A stretch of DNA of 60,000 nucleotides from Lama glama (taxonomy: Eukaryota): positions 56,918,001-56,978,000 of the forward strand of contig CM052817.1 in assembly GCA_028534125.1 (NCBI GenBank), written 5' to 3'. The notes under the pieces are model-generated. The model was not told where the DNA came from and did not search any database. It saw nothing but the letters and a program-made list of their open reading frames with translations. This document shows, piece after piece, positions 1 to 12,976 of this stretch. A program made the position numbers and the translations under genes. Each line of letters opens with the position of its first letter. Positions within the stretch are counted from its first letter, which is position 1.

Positions 1-599
1 AAATGAATAGAGTTAGGGTGAAAAATATACACAATTTGATGATCTATCCATATTTATCCATCTCAAACAAAACAAACCTGCAATCTGGGGAGGAGGGGTA
101 AGTAGGAAAAAAGTACGAAGGTTCTTATTTGTTTAGAGCCATAGCACCGTCACCAGCCAGGTATTAGGGAATTGGCTTATCCTATAGAACTTCTTTTTGA
201 GGGTAGTTATTTCCTTCCATGTCCTCCAGCTCCATCATCCCTATTCCACATCCTACACACATTCGTACTATAGTAACTTCTATTACTACAAGTGTTTGGG
301 AGAAAAAGAGAGAGAGAGAGAAACCTGAAGAAGGGACCAGCTGTGATCAGACAGATGGAATGATCTTATCAGTCTGGTCTGCACAATGTGCCTGAACTTG
401 GAGTGGACCTAATATGACTCAACCCCATAGATAGTAAATAAGACAGTGGTGAGCACTCTGAAACCAAATTAAAGTGCTAGTTCTAGGAGAAAAGTAAATG
501 GATGCCACTTGGCATATAACTAGACAAAACAGTAAAGCATTACAGCTCAGGTTTTCTGTCAGTACAAGATAAGCCCATGTTTTTCACTATAGCATAGAG

Positions 600-1015
600 T
601 TTTCATGACCCAACCTCTGCCTTATCATTTTTTGCCTTTTTACATTGCATATTACATTCTGGCAATATTCCAATGTTTGTATTTCCTTATTGACTCAATG
701 TTGTTTCTGTACTCCATGATTTGCCTTATAATAAAAACAGTGTCCCTTTCATACACATACACCTAGCTACTGCCTTCACATCATCAAGCCTCATTTCAAG
801 TGACAAGTCTTACAAATGATCTTTCCTAACTGTGAAACTTGATTTCATGGCCTCCTCTTGTGTTCTCACAAAATTTTATGCAGGAACTTACACTGCACTT
901 ATCACATGAGAAAGTCTGTGTATTTCTGTTCCCCTCACTGCAACAGGTAAACAAGTTTCTTGGGGCAGAGACTGTCCCAGTCTCCTCTGCAGTGTCAGCA
1001 ACAGACACAGTGCCT
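600..1015 (+). mobile_element. L2 LINE 3' fragment, highly diverged
   Basis: Ends in ggggcagagactgtc...acacagtgcctg, resembling the L2 3' terminal region; pyrimidine-rich L2-like body. Confidence 0.45.
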
Positions 1016-2409
1016 GTTTCTCTCCTAGATAAGCAGTCCCTGATATTTCAGAGGGTAATGCAGGTTCTGAGATTCTGGGGAGGGTGGTTTGGGCCAAACT
1101 CACAAGAGCCAAAGGTAAGGAAAAGGTAGAGCCAAAGCAGCACATCAGAGACAATCCAAAATTGATTGCTTGAGCAGACAACCCAGAGTTAATCCAGTAG
1201 AAAGTTAAATCCAAGTGTCTTGGCACAACAGCAAGTGAAAGTCAGGCGTGGACACAAGGAAAGAGAGAATCAGGGTACAGCAAGTGGATTATATCAGAGC
1301 ACTGAAAGCAGAATCTGGAGCTCTTTCTCCTCACTAGGATTCAAGCTTCAGGAGACCCTGAACAAGAGCAGCTCTTATCTCAGGACCAGGGGGTAGCAGG
1401 AGCTGTTAAAGATATAAAGATGATAAGACAATTGTGAAGGTAACTTTCCATGCAATATCTTACTCGAGCCCATTGCATCTTCACTAAACCTAAGATAAAA
1501 TGTGACTTAATGTCACAAATATAAACTAAAAGGTGTCCTTTAAGAAACTAAAACCCCAGTCTTCTGACTGAAGCCATCCAATAAAAAATTCCAATAGACA
1601 GCACCCAATAAGTATGTTACAATAGCTCCTGCATTATAAGAGACACTAAACTATCAAAATGAATCTCAAAATTAAGTATATTCATTATGTTTTAAAAACT
1701 GTCTTCAGATGAGTTATATGTAGTTTTCATGTATGTTAATAAATAGCAGGTTAAACTCAAATGTATTAAACAAAAGATTACACATGTATGTAATATTTAC
1801 AGTGCCTAAAACTGCCTGATTTGTGTTTGTAATAAACATGTGAATTTATTAAACAGCCAAGAAAAAAGTTAACATTGAATATTCAGAACAAGAAGTAGTT
1901 TCATCCAAGGGAATATTTCATTGGCAGATGGAAGTGAATATGCAAAATTGTTCCAGTTAAGCAAATGTTTCATATAAATTTTCAAGATAAAACATGTTTG
2001 TACTTCTAAGTAATTTGCACTATTTTTAATAGTCTGTTACTGGATGGTTTTTTTATATGACAAATTATTTTTATCAACCTACTCCTCTGAAGCAACACTG
2101 AGTCCGAAAAACTGAAATGCAAGAAAAGCTCTGGCATAGAAGTAAAATAATGACATTTTAACAGGACCATGAAACAATGACAGATGTACAAGGGAAAGTT
2201 CTTAAACATGCTGGAGAAGAAGCCCATTAAGCCCCCAGGCCTTGTGATATCTGCTCATCACTCAGTCTGGGATTCATTATACAAATGGTTCAGAACTTCC
2301 AATATTTATTAGACTTAGTGCCCTAGTGTTAGGGCCTCATTCCTGGAACACCACGTTGAATTTATGAATGGAATTCAGGGGAAAAATGGTGATTCCAAGG
2401 TTAAAAAGG

Positions 2410-2590
2410 AGTGTATGCCACAGGGTTAAGAGGCTGAAATCAAAAACCCTGGGTTTGATTCCCAGCTCTACCAAGTATAAGATATACGATCTTGGGCAAC
2501 TTGCTAACTCTAAATATGCTTCTGTTTCCTTACCTGTAAAATGGAAATAATGATGTCATCTACTTTACAGAGCTGCTGTGAGAAATCATA
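2410..2590 (+). mobile_element. MIR SINE
   Basis: ctgggtttgattcccagctctacc...cttgggcaacttgctaac...tgtttccttacctgtaaaatggaaataat matches the MIR core. Confidence 0.85.
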
Positions 2591-3069
2591 CCATGATTAT
2601 TAAATGCTGGCAACAATAAATTCATGGATGAATATGTAAAGAAATAGCTGAAATAATCAAACAGTGCGATACTCACATGAATGTGTTTCTACTGCAATGA
2701 TCTATAAACTCTAAGAGTTTCTATCACTTGTATATGCCATTAGGAAGCTTCCTTGACTAAACTCAAATTCAGCTTGCAAATAAAAGCAAGAGTTCTAACT
2801 TTTAGTTTGAAAAAAAATCAATGTATTTCACACTTAATAAGACCATAGTCTTCTTTTAAAGTCTCAAATTAATTTAACATTACCCTGAAATAATTAGCCA
2901 CCAAATCTTAATGAGAAAAAAAGAGTATTTTGAATATTTGTGTTATTTTACTAAAACAGACACAAGAAGTGTATAACTTCTTTCCAAACTGAATTACTAA
3001 GAAAACTCAAATAGTCATCAAAAATTTTTAACATTCACCAAACTTCTCTGAAAATATAAATAATTTTAA

Positions 3070-3210
3070 GGTTAGAAAGAGTCTTTGATATCAAGTCCAT
3101 AGCACCCACTTTACACAGAAGGAAACTGAATCCCAAAGACATGTGATTTGCTCAAACTAGTACAGAGTAGTGATCAGAGACCAAGTGATAGAATCAGGTC
3201 CCCAACTAAA
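3070..3210 (-). mobile_element. MIR/MIR3 SINE fragment
   Basis: ccactttacacagaaggaaactgaatcccaaagacatgtgatttgctcaa, reverse MIR core. Confidence 0.7.
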
Positions 3211-3586
3211 ACAACACTGTTCATTTCAATACATCACATTGACAGTAGGATGTATTTACTCATACAAAGTTACAAATTTTGAAATCTTTCAGTATTTGCT
3301 TAGTATTTGTCCATTTCTATTGAGAGTCAAGTATGCTATATAATGTGCTGATTAAAAAGATACTAAGAAATTGGCCATCTTCCAAAAATACAAAAGAATT
3401 AATTCAAGTCATGAAATAAGACTTTATCAAGTATTTCTGGAGGGAAAGAGTTGAAAGAAAAGATAAAAGAAAAGATCATTGTCTCCATGACTTCATGATG
3501 TGAAAAGTCATTATCAAGAGGAAAGTGTTAGTTGCCTTCAAATTCAAGGCCAAAAAATAAACAAAGTAACAAGAGATTTAGACCAG

Positions 3587-4072
3587 TGTGGTAGACTATG
3601 TTTCCAAAGATGGCCAGAGTAAAATCTCCTGTTCAGTATGTTCCTTTACAACATGAACTTATCATTTTCCCATCAACAGGTGAAGTCTGTTTCCTCTCTC
3701 CCTGAATATGGATGGGTCCTATGATCTGTTTGGAACTATAAAATATGTTGTAAGTTATACCGTATAACTTCTCTTACAAGGTCTTAAAAGGTCTGCACAG
3801 CTTCCAGCTTTACTGCTTATAATGCTTCCTTTGCAAACCCAATCACCATGCTGTGAGGAAGCACAAGTAGATGTGCAAAGAGGGCCACTTGGAAAACAGA
3901 GCCTATAGGCTGACAGTCCCCACTGAGCTCCCAACGTACAGTGAGCACCAATTTTCAGCAAGTGAATGAGGTCATTTAGACTTCCAGCCATCCCATCACT
4001 TCATCTAGTGCCACATGAAGCAAAACTGCTCAGAGTGCCCAACTCAAATTTCTGATGCAGAAAACATTGAGC
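3587..4072 (+). mobile_element. MaLR solo LTR (MLT1G/H-like)
   Basis: Starts tgtggtagactatgtttccaaagatggcc; internal caccatgctgtgaggaagc and gacttccagcc typical of MLT1F-H. Confidence 0.8.
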
Positions 4073-4847
4073 AGATTGGTAAATCAATGAATTAAGCTTC
4101 CAAAGGTTACCTTCTACTTATTCTTTACGCTAAATGACTTTCCATGTGCTTCTGTAACACACTATTATTCCCCTACCATAGCATTTATCAAGTTCCATCT
4201 TAATTATCTCTGACTTATCTTTACCTCTCACTGTGTTGCATGCAAAAATAGTTCTATACCATAACAGATCACTGCAGCAGCCAGAGGAAATATTTGGATC
4301 CTAAACATTATATGTAATGCTTGGATAATACTTAGTCCTACATATAATATATAGTTTCTAGAGTACCTTAGTCTGGGTTGAATAAACAAGGTCATACAAA
4401 TTTTTTAAACAAAATAATATCTCTAGGCCTGTGCCCTCTAGTCACATCATTGCTCAGTTCCATCCAGGTAGTTCTGAGGATCCCCAGAGAGTGATTCTCA
4501 GCATACCAGTTCTTTTTACAATTCTACAGAACTTTATCCTTTTCTCCTTTCATGCCTCACGTTGCTGAAGTTCTATCCTGTGCTATTACCAATGTTGCAA
4601 TGAACATCTTTGCCACTGAAGTACACCACACGATGCTACTGATGCCTGTTCATTTCTGAGTGTGTAGGGTGTTAAAATCTTCACAAATGTTATTAATTTA
4701 GTCAAGTCCAATGTCTTTTGCATCTTCTCATGTCAGGACAAAAGATTTGGTGATAATTCCCCTTCTGGAGCTACTGGTAAGCCATATCTTCAATACGCTA
4801 CATAACTTTACATAAAGTATTCTTTCCCTAGACAGAATGATATTTTC

Positions 4848-5325
4848 TCATTCATTCCTTCAAAAGTATTTATTCAATTAATGGCATTGTTCTCAGCACT
4901 GGGTGCTATGGAAAGCAAGGCAGACAGGATTCTGCTCTCATAAAACTTGCAGGCAGACCAAAAACGAACACATAAAGGAAATAACTACAAATTATGATAA
5001 GCTGTAAAACTGAAGAATTCTGGGATAGAACAAGGTAAGAGAGATCTACTTCCATCCCTTCTTTAGAAGCTAGAGACAGCCTTTTTGGGGAAGTGACGCT
5101 TTAGCTGACTTCAAAAGTATGAAACAGAGAGAGAGAGAAAAAAAAAGAAGATGATGCAAAAAAAAATTTCTTGGCAAAGGAAAAAGTATGTCCAAAGTCT
5201 CTGAGGTTAAAAAGAACTTGGTCTGTTCTAGGAGCAGAAAAGAGGCTAAATAACTTGAACCAGCGAGTTCTGGGATAAATGAATTAGATGAGGTCAGAAA
5301 AATAAGCAGGGAGTAGACCATGCAG
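4848..5325 (-). mobile_element. L2 LINE 3' part
   Basis: tcattcattccttcaaaagtatttatt (reverse L2 tail) followed by purine-rich L2 body (ggcaaaggaaaaagtatgtccaaagtctctgagg). Confidence 0.75.
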
Positions 5326-5326
5326 G

Positions 5327-5784
5327 GAATGAAATCTTGCCATTTGCAACAACATAGATGGATCTAGAAGATATTATGCTAAGTGAAATAAGTCAGACAG
5401 AGAAAGACAAATACTGCACATTCTCACTTATATGTAGAATCTAAAAAACAAAACAATCAAACAAACAAAACAAAATTAAAACAGACTCACAGATACAGGG
5501 AAGTATCCAGCAGTTGCCAGAAGGGAGGGTGTTGGAGGGTTATGAAATAAATGAAGGCAATTAAGAGGTAAAAAACCTCCAGTTGTAAAAGTAAGTAAGT
5601 CACAGGGATGTAATATACAGCATAAGGAATATGGTCAATATAATAAATTTATATGGGAATCGATGGTTATTAGACTCATCCTGGTGATCATTTAATAATG
5701 TATGCAAGTATCAAATCACTATGCAGCACACCCAAAACTAATATAATATTGTATGTCAACTGTATTTCAAATAAAAAATAAATA
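5327..5784 (+). mobile_element. 5'-truncated L1 (ORF2 end, 3'UTR, A-rich tail)
   Basis: gaaatcttgccatttgcaacaacatagatggatctagaagatattatgctaagtgaaataagtcag; ends aactgtatttcaaataaaaaataaat. Confidence 0.9.
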
Positions 5785-6263
5785 GGAATTTCTTTGCTAG
5801 TGCTCTACAAAAAAGAGGACTAATTAAATCGACAGGGTTTTGTGTTTCTTTCTCAGGGAATCCCCTTGAAGACAGCAAACTACCAGCATCAATAATAGCA
5901 CAGAGCATGGGCATTGCCAAAGACATTCCGTGGGACTTCTTCACTTCACTGTGGGTCACATGGCCGAATGAAATTCGTGTAAAATTATGATGCCTTGTCT
6001 AAAACATCTAACACCTGATAGAGCTCAGAGTCATTTTGTGATTCCATGACACCAGAAGACCCAATACAAAAAGCATGAAGAGAAAGAGGTTTGAATCCAC
6101 AGTCTCTGTGGAGAGTTGAACAACAGAAAGAATGTTCAATGGCTTATGAATTATGATTATCAGAAGAAGGTAAATGCCTTTCAACATATAACTTGAGCTG
6201 ATAATTAGACATCTAATCTATATATCTCTTTTCTTTAAAAAATTTGTAAAAACAATCACAGGT

Positions 6264-7055
6264 TCACGGACTTTTGAATGATGGCCCATTCTGACTGGTG
6301 TGAGGTCAGGGTGTGGAGAAAAGGGAACCCTCCTACACTGCTTATGGGAATGTAGTTTGGTACAGCCATTATGAAAAACAGTACAGAGATTCCTCAAGAA
6401 AACTAAAAACAGACCACCATATGATCCAGCAATTCCACTTCTGGGCATATATCCAGAGGGAACTCTAATTCAAAAAGATACATGCACCTAAATGTTCATA
6501 GCAGCACTGTATACAATAGCCAAAACATGGAAGCAACCTAAATAGATGACTGGATAAAAAAGTTGTGGTGCATTTATACAATGGAATACTACTCAGCCTT
6601 AGAAAAGAATAAAATAATATCATTTGCAGCAATATGGATGGACCTAGGGGTTGGTATTCTAAGTGAAGTAAGCCAGAAAGAAAAAGAAAAATACCATATG
6701 ATATCACTCATATGTGGAATCTAAAAAAAAAAAGAAAAAAAAAAGGACACTATGAACTCATCTACAAAACAGAAACAGACTTACAGACACAGTAAACAAT
6801 CTTATGATTACCAGGGAAAGGGGGTGGGAAGATAAAAATTCCAGAGTCCAAGATTTATAAATGTTAGCCACTATATGTAAAAATACATTTTAAAAAAGGT
6901 TCTGTGTAGCACAGGGAACTATGTTCAATATCTTGCAATAACCTTTAATGAAAAAATATGCAAACAAATATATATATGTATATGCATGGCTGGGACATTG
7001 TCCTGTACACCAGAAATTGACACATTGTAACTGACCATGTATTTCAATAAAAAAA
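6264..7055 (+). mobile_element. Camelid-type L1, 5'-truncated with short 5' inversion, flanked by TSD
   Basis: ORF2 C-terminal segment (atatgatccagcaattccacttctgggcatatatcc), 3'UTR, polyA; TSD AATCACAGGT at 6254-6263 and 7056-7065; about 6268-6306 is antisense L1. Confidence 0.92.
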
Positions 7056-7419
7056 AATCACAGGTGAGTTTCAAGAGTGAGCATGTGCAACTGTTCATGT
7101 GTAACCAAACCTAAAAAACAGTTTAACTAATATTCCACTAAATTATGAAATAAGACAGCTAATTCTTCACACCAGATTATTTTATGTACATCAGCATTGC
7201 CTGTGACTGAAATTTTGCTACTTTCTTCCAAATTCTAGTAATGTTAGTAAAATTTTGAATGTTAACCGAGTGGGACACAAATATTATTTATCCTATGTAT
7301 AAATTCAATGAATAATCCTCTTTTTCCCTTAGATAATTCTCTATCTGAATTTCAAGATGGATAACAAGAGTTGATATATGTTAACCCAAAGCAAATGTGC
7401 TTTCTTGCTCTCTCCTAAT

Positions 7420-7497
7420 CACTCTCTCTCTCTCCCATATACACGTACACACACATACACACACACACATACACACAAACACACTCATGCACACACG
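7420..7497. repeat. Compound imperfect (TC)n/(CA)n microsatellite
   Basis: ctctctctctctc...acacacacacacacatacacac seen directly. Confidence 0.85.
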
Positions 7498-7965
7498 TGA
7501 CACAGGCAAAGAGAAATACCATTAGTCAACAAATGCCTTGCTAGAACAGAAATCAAACTGAAGGCTCATAAAACAAAGAGAAGAGAAGAAGAAATTCTGA
7601 CAATATACAAAGAAGAAGCTGGCTAACTGCCAGCTCAAAAAAGAATTCTTTAGGTAATATTTTCAAATCATATGCCTTAATTTTATTACTGGACTAAGAA
7701 AATGAATATATAGAAGCTCAAGTAAACCAAAGGCTTTCACACCATTTCTGGCCTCTCCAAAAATTCAGACTCCTCTCTCCTTTCCTTCACAGTTGAGGCA
7801 ACTGAGCTTATATACATAAACAAATACCAAGTGCCATGAAACAGCAGGCCTCTTTTCTTTAAAATAGTTGAATATATTTTATGAGCTATGTTAAAAAATA
7901 AAGTGGCAATTTATTTGTTGCTTACACATGTTCAGACTTTCATGAACATTTTTGGTGAAAACTTC

Positions 7966-8350
7966 TGTTATGGGCTGAATTGTGTTCCCCCAAAATTCAT
8001 ATGTTGAAGTCCCAATGCCCCATATCTCAGAATGGGGCTGTATTTGGAGAGTGGATATTTAAAGAGGAGACTGTTAGAGCGAGGTCATTAGAAGGGACCT
8101 AATCCAGTATCATTGCTGTCCTTATAAGAGGAAATTAGGACACAGACTCTCACACAGAGGGAAGTCCAGATGAAGACACAGGGAGAAGGCAGCCATATAC
8201 AAGCCAGAAGGGTAGCCTCAGAAGAAACCCAGCCCTGCTAAAACCGTGCTCTCTAACACTGAGCCTCCAGGAGGTAAGAAAATACATTTCTGTTGTGTAG
8301 GCCACTCTGTCTGTGGTACTTTGTAATGGCAGCCAGAGCAAACTAATAAA
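7966..8350 (+). mobile_element. MaLR solo LTR (MLT1B-like), full length
   Basis: tgttatgggctgaattgtgttccccc start, ggcagccagagcaaactaataaa end; near-TSD acttc/actac. Confidence 0.9.
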
Positions 8351-9061
8351 ACTACTAACTGCCTAAATTCATGGCAATAAGCACTTCCTAAATACAATTA
8401 CTGGTATTACAAAGATCACTTGTCCATAAATATCACCCACAACTAAACAGAAATATAACTGAGAGAATTTCTTATAAAATCAAACTAACACACACTGTAG
8501 TTGTATATGTATCTTCTTCCTAAGTCTGGCCAAGTGTTTCATACCTTTAGATCCATTACAGCCTTAGGGGGGCAGAACTGGCACATTCAGAAACCCCAGG
8601 TTGAGTGCTGCAAGACAGAAAAGCTCAGGACTGGAATATGGAAATAAGAAAAGAAATGGCTGTAGGGTTAGCTTTCTGGGGTGAAGATAAATTTTTTTTC
8701 CAATGGGAGAGAGTCTGACTCAGATCAAAACAAGCTGTCCCAGGTTAAAGTCATCTTGACTCCTTGTCCCTGCTCCGTGGTCCCCTGTAAAACTTCTAGC
8801 TGAAGGTTTCTTTCTGTTGTCCTAGTCACTTGTCTGCCTCAATTCACTGGACCAGAATTTCCTATAGAGCAAAGACCACATGTCTGGCACATCAAGGGCA
8901 TGTGTATTTGAGAAGCTGATGAGTAAATGGATGACTACAGAAAAAAAATGGATGAAAATAAATCAAAGATTCAGGGCATCTAACAAAATGCCAAACAGTA
9001 GGCGATTGGCAGTGCAGGCAGATGAATTGTTTAATAGCAGATATCAGTATAATGAAGTCAT

Positions 9062-9081
9062 TGAACAATACGTATTGTTCA
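9062..9081. promoter_or_regulatory. Perfect 20-bp palindrome with inverted SOX pair (AACAAT-N4-ATTGTT)
   Basis: TGAACAATACGTATTGTTCA equals its own reverse complement; function inferred from motif only. Confidence 0.45.
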
Positions 9082-9271
9082 GCCCCTGGAGGCATTATTC
9101 ATCTTATTGTAATTTAGTCCCAAGAAGATTATACTCATTACATTCAACTTTGGTTATATGGTTATAACAGATCTAACAACCAGACTGAGTCAGTGTTGCA
9201 TCAATGAACTTCTCAGAGTCCCTGGGGATGAGGAGACTTGCATATGGAAAGTAATTTAGGAACAGAACATA

Positions 9272-9360
9272 GTTAAGCTCCATAAGGACAAGTTACATGT
9301 CTATGCTGTATCTCTAGTCATGACACATATCAGGTTCTCAATACATATTTGTCAAGTCAA
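9272..9360 (+). mobile_element. L2 3' terminal fragment
   Basis: taagctccataaggacaag...ggttctcaatacatatttgt. Confidence 0.6.
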
Positions 9361-9974
9361 GTAATGTTCAAAATATATTCAAGTCAGCTGAAACATATAA
9401 TACTTGCAAATTAATGAAAGCTGTGCTGTAAAACAAATTTCAATAATTAACTGATCCAGAAATACCAAATATAATGGGTGGCATTTGGTGAAACCAGACC
9501 CTCCAACATCATCCTTCCCTGAGTTATGCAGAGCCTGTCAGTCAACCTCACACAACTCCACTCAGTATTTGGTCTGTAGCCAGTGAGAAAGCATGTGGGT
9601 CAAACCACTTAATCAAGATGTGTTCTGGGTGCATTCACCATGCCTGTTATTCTAACATGAGCTGAACATTCATCATTTTAATTACATATTCACAGCACCT
9701 TAGCCATCTATGTGGCAATGGAATTATTCAAAGTGCTAACTATTTGCTTTTTTGACCCAAGGGAAAAAACTGTAGGGAGGGAAGGGGTGAGAAGGGAGTT
9801 GGAGCTGATAAAAGGGGTGTAAAGGGAATTGACTTTAATTAGACACACGCTGTGTGTCAACCATGGTGATAGGCTTATAATAGCTCTCATATCATACAGT
9901 CTTCCTAACCACTGTCTGGGGCAGACGTAATCATCTCCACTTTACAAATGGGATAAGTGAATCTCAGAGCTTTA

Positions 9975-10393
9975 CTAAATCAATTTAGTTAAAAACAATA
10001 ATCATTTATACTTTACGATTCTGTAAGTCAATAATGGAGGCTGGGTTCAGCTGAGAGATTTTCTGATCTCTGCTGGACTTTCTCAAACATCTGTTGTCAC
10101 TGCAGATGAGGTAGGAGACCCTGATTCTGATTCTGGGGAGTGGCAGTTCATTAGCTGGGAATCCTTTTCCTTCACATGATCTCTTTAAATGTGGTGAGAG
10201 ATCTGGGCTCCAAAGAACAACACAACCACTCATTCTTTTGGCCACCTCATTGGTGGCCAAAGCAATTACAAGGCCAAATCCAGAGTCAAGGATTAAGGAA
10301 ACAGATACCACCTCTTAATGAGAGGAGCTACAAAGTCACATGGATAGAGTGCAGAGCGAAGAATTAGAAACAGTTTGCAATCAAAACTAGCAC
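9975..10393 (-). mobile_element. MaLR LTR (MLT1F/G/H-like)
   Basis: gattctgtaagtcaa...ctgggttcagctgagag...cattggtggccaaagcaattacaaggcc...cacctcttaatgagaggagctacaaagtcacat. Confidence 0.75.
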
Positions 10394-11339
10394 AGATATC
10401 AAGTAGCTTTTCCAAGATCACCCAACTGTTAATCACTGAGACAGATTTTCTTCTATAATAGTTCTCAGCAACTGCCACAATGCTACATAAATGGTAGATG
10501 TTTAAGAATGCTTTGAACAAAGACAAATTCCACTAACTATATTGTATACCTAATTAAAAGCTATATCCCAGGCTATCTTTGCTCTTCATCTGATAAATTG
10601 CTACAAGACCTTATTTAAAGTTCCCCCCAAAATTAAAAAAAATAAATAAATTGTTTATGATCCTTAATAGCCTTTCTTTTTTTGTAAAGAATTTGTTAGA
10701 AATTCTATATATTAACCGCTTTTGTTAGTCTATTTGTTTTGTCTGATTGTCTTTAATTGTTAGGTGGAAACAAGAGATTCCTTAAAAAAAAAAGTCAGAT
10801 TCTAAAATGCAGGTTCAAGTCAAACTAACCAAGTAACAAGAAGCCATACTGCCAAGGACAAGCACAGAATACTCCTCTAGTTTGAGAAAAATTTCAGCAA
10901 GAAACTTTTTCAGAGAGCCAGCACTCCCTAGAGATCATACCCAGTAGTGGTCAAAACCAAGACAACTGCACCAGGCAGGGAAGCCAACCAGGATTAGGAG
11001 TGGCTTTAGAAGCAAATCAATTCAAACAGCACAGTGCTAGCAGCATCACATCAGCCTCACTCCTTACCACAGGAGTACCTTATAGGCCCTTGCACTTGAC
11101 TCTGAAAATAGTATCTTATTAAAAAAAAAGCAGAAAACTTCAGCCACTGGGTGGAAGACAGCCTGCACAGGAGAAACTGAGGATGGCCCTCTTGGCAGGA
11201 AATAAGAACTCCCACAATACTCAGAAAATAATAGCAAACTGCCAAGAAAGATAATATTTTTTAAGTACTGCAAGGTGAAACTTATTACACAAATGGAGGT
11301 AGAAGTGAATGATAACAGCCAACTTTGACCCCTACCACA

Positions 11340-11555
11340 TGTCATATCTTGCAGTAAATGCTGTATTATTATTTCATTTAATTCTCACATTGACTCTAAA
11401 AGGTAGATTCTATTTTATTCATATTGACAGGTAAGAAACTTGAGCAAGAGGTTAAATAACACTCTTTAGGTCATACAGCTAGTACACGGCAAGGCCTGAG
11501 TTTAAAATCACCGTTCTCTGATCCCAGAGTCCATACCTTCAACCTGTACATCACT
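11340..11555 (-). mobile_element. MIR SINE
   Basis: tcatttaattctcac...gaggttaaataac...aggtcatacagctagt. Confidence 0.8.
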
Positions 11556-11668
11556 CCCTCTTAAGTAAAGCCTGGGGTTCCATTTAAATAAGGAAAAGAT
11601 GAGCAAAACTATTGTCTTTACATAAGGGGAATTTGAATTATTGGTAATACAGCTAAATATAACTAATC

Positions 11669-11707
<39 letters not shown>
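11669..11707. repeat. (GATA)n tetranucleotide microsatellite
   Basis: About 9-10 perfect atag units. Confidence 0.95.
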
Positions 11708-11730
11708 TTTACATAAAACAATTATTCTAA

Positions 11731-12976
11731 TCAAAGTAAACTCAAAATGGTTTAAAGACTTAACATAAGACAAGACACTACAAACCTCTCAGAAGAAACC
11801 ATAGGCAAAATATTATCTGACATAAATCCTAGCATGTTCTCCTAGAGCAGTCTACCCAGGCAATAGAAATAAAAGCAAAAATAAACAAATGGGACCTGAT
11901 TAAACTTATAAGTTTTTGCACAGCAACGGAAACCATAAGCAAAACAAAAAGATAACCTACAGGCTGGGAGAAAATGTTTGCAAATGATAAGACTGACAAG
12001 GGCTTAATTTCCAAATAGATAAACAGCTCATACAACTTAATACCGAAAAACAACCCAATCCAAAAATGGGCAGAAGAGCTAAACAAGTAATTCTCTAATG
12101 AAGACATACAAATGGCCAAAAGGCACAAGAAAAAATGCTCAATATCACTAATTATCAGAGAGATGCAATCAAAACTACAATGAGGTATCACCTCAAACCA
12201 GTGAGAATAGCCATCATTCAAAAGTCCACAAATGATAAATGCTGGAGACGCTGTGGAGTAAAGGGAACCCTCCCACACTGTTGGTGGAAATGTAGTTTGG
12301 TGGAGCCATTATGGAAAACAGTATGGAGAGTCCTCAAAAGAATACAAATAGACTTACCATATATGATCCAGCAATCCCACTCTTGGGCATATATCCAGAC
12401 GGAAACTTACTTCAAAAAGATACATGCATGCCAAAGTTCAGAGCAGCACTACTTACAATAGCTAAAACATGGAAACAACCTAAATGTCCATCAACAGATG
12501 AGTGGGTAAAGAAGATGTGGTATATTTATACAATGGAATACTACTCAGCCATAAGGAAGAATAAAATAATACCATCTGCAGCAACATGGATGGTCCCGGA
12601 GATTGTCATTCTAAGTGAAGCAAACCAGAAAGAAAAAGAAAAATACCATATGATATCACTTATATGTGGAAGCTAAAAAAAAAAGAAGACAAAACAGAAA
12701 CAGACTCACAGACTTAAAAAACAAACTTATGGTTACCAGAGGGGAAAGGGGTGAGAAGGGATAAATTGGGAGTTCAAGAATTATTAATATTAACTACTAT
12801 ATATAAAAATGTACACTCTATAGCCCAAGGAACTATATTCAATATCTTGTAGGAACCTATAATGAAAAAGAATATAAAAATGAATATATGTACATATATG
12901 TATGAATGAAGTATTATGCTGTACACCAAAAATTGACACAATGTTGTAAACTGACTATACTTCAATTTTTAAAAAG
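11731..12976 (+). mobile_element. 5'-truncated L1 (ORF2 C-terminal remnant plus 3'UTR)
   Basis: ORFs 12135-12461 ([39 protein letters not shown] knuckle) and 12311-12676 ([12 protein letters not shown]...MWYIYTMEYYSAI) are frameshifted L1 ORF2. Confidence 0.95.

Noticed and set aside
2082..2130. Minus-strand acceptor cttttcttgcatttcag with possible 29-nt micro-exon
   Set aside because: Weak donor, not frame-preserving, no recognisable peptide
4420..4830. Coding-looking minus-strand stretch with ERILYVKL and AQDRT peptides reminiscent of RTE-clade LINE ORF2
   Set aside because: Motif spacing does not match and all frames are interrupted; cannot be supported without a profile search
11829..12676. 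Longest ORFs in the track (149, 108 and 121 aa)
   Set aside because: Sense and antisense frames of a decayed L1 ORF2, not host genes
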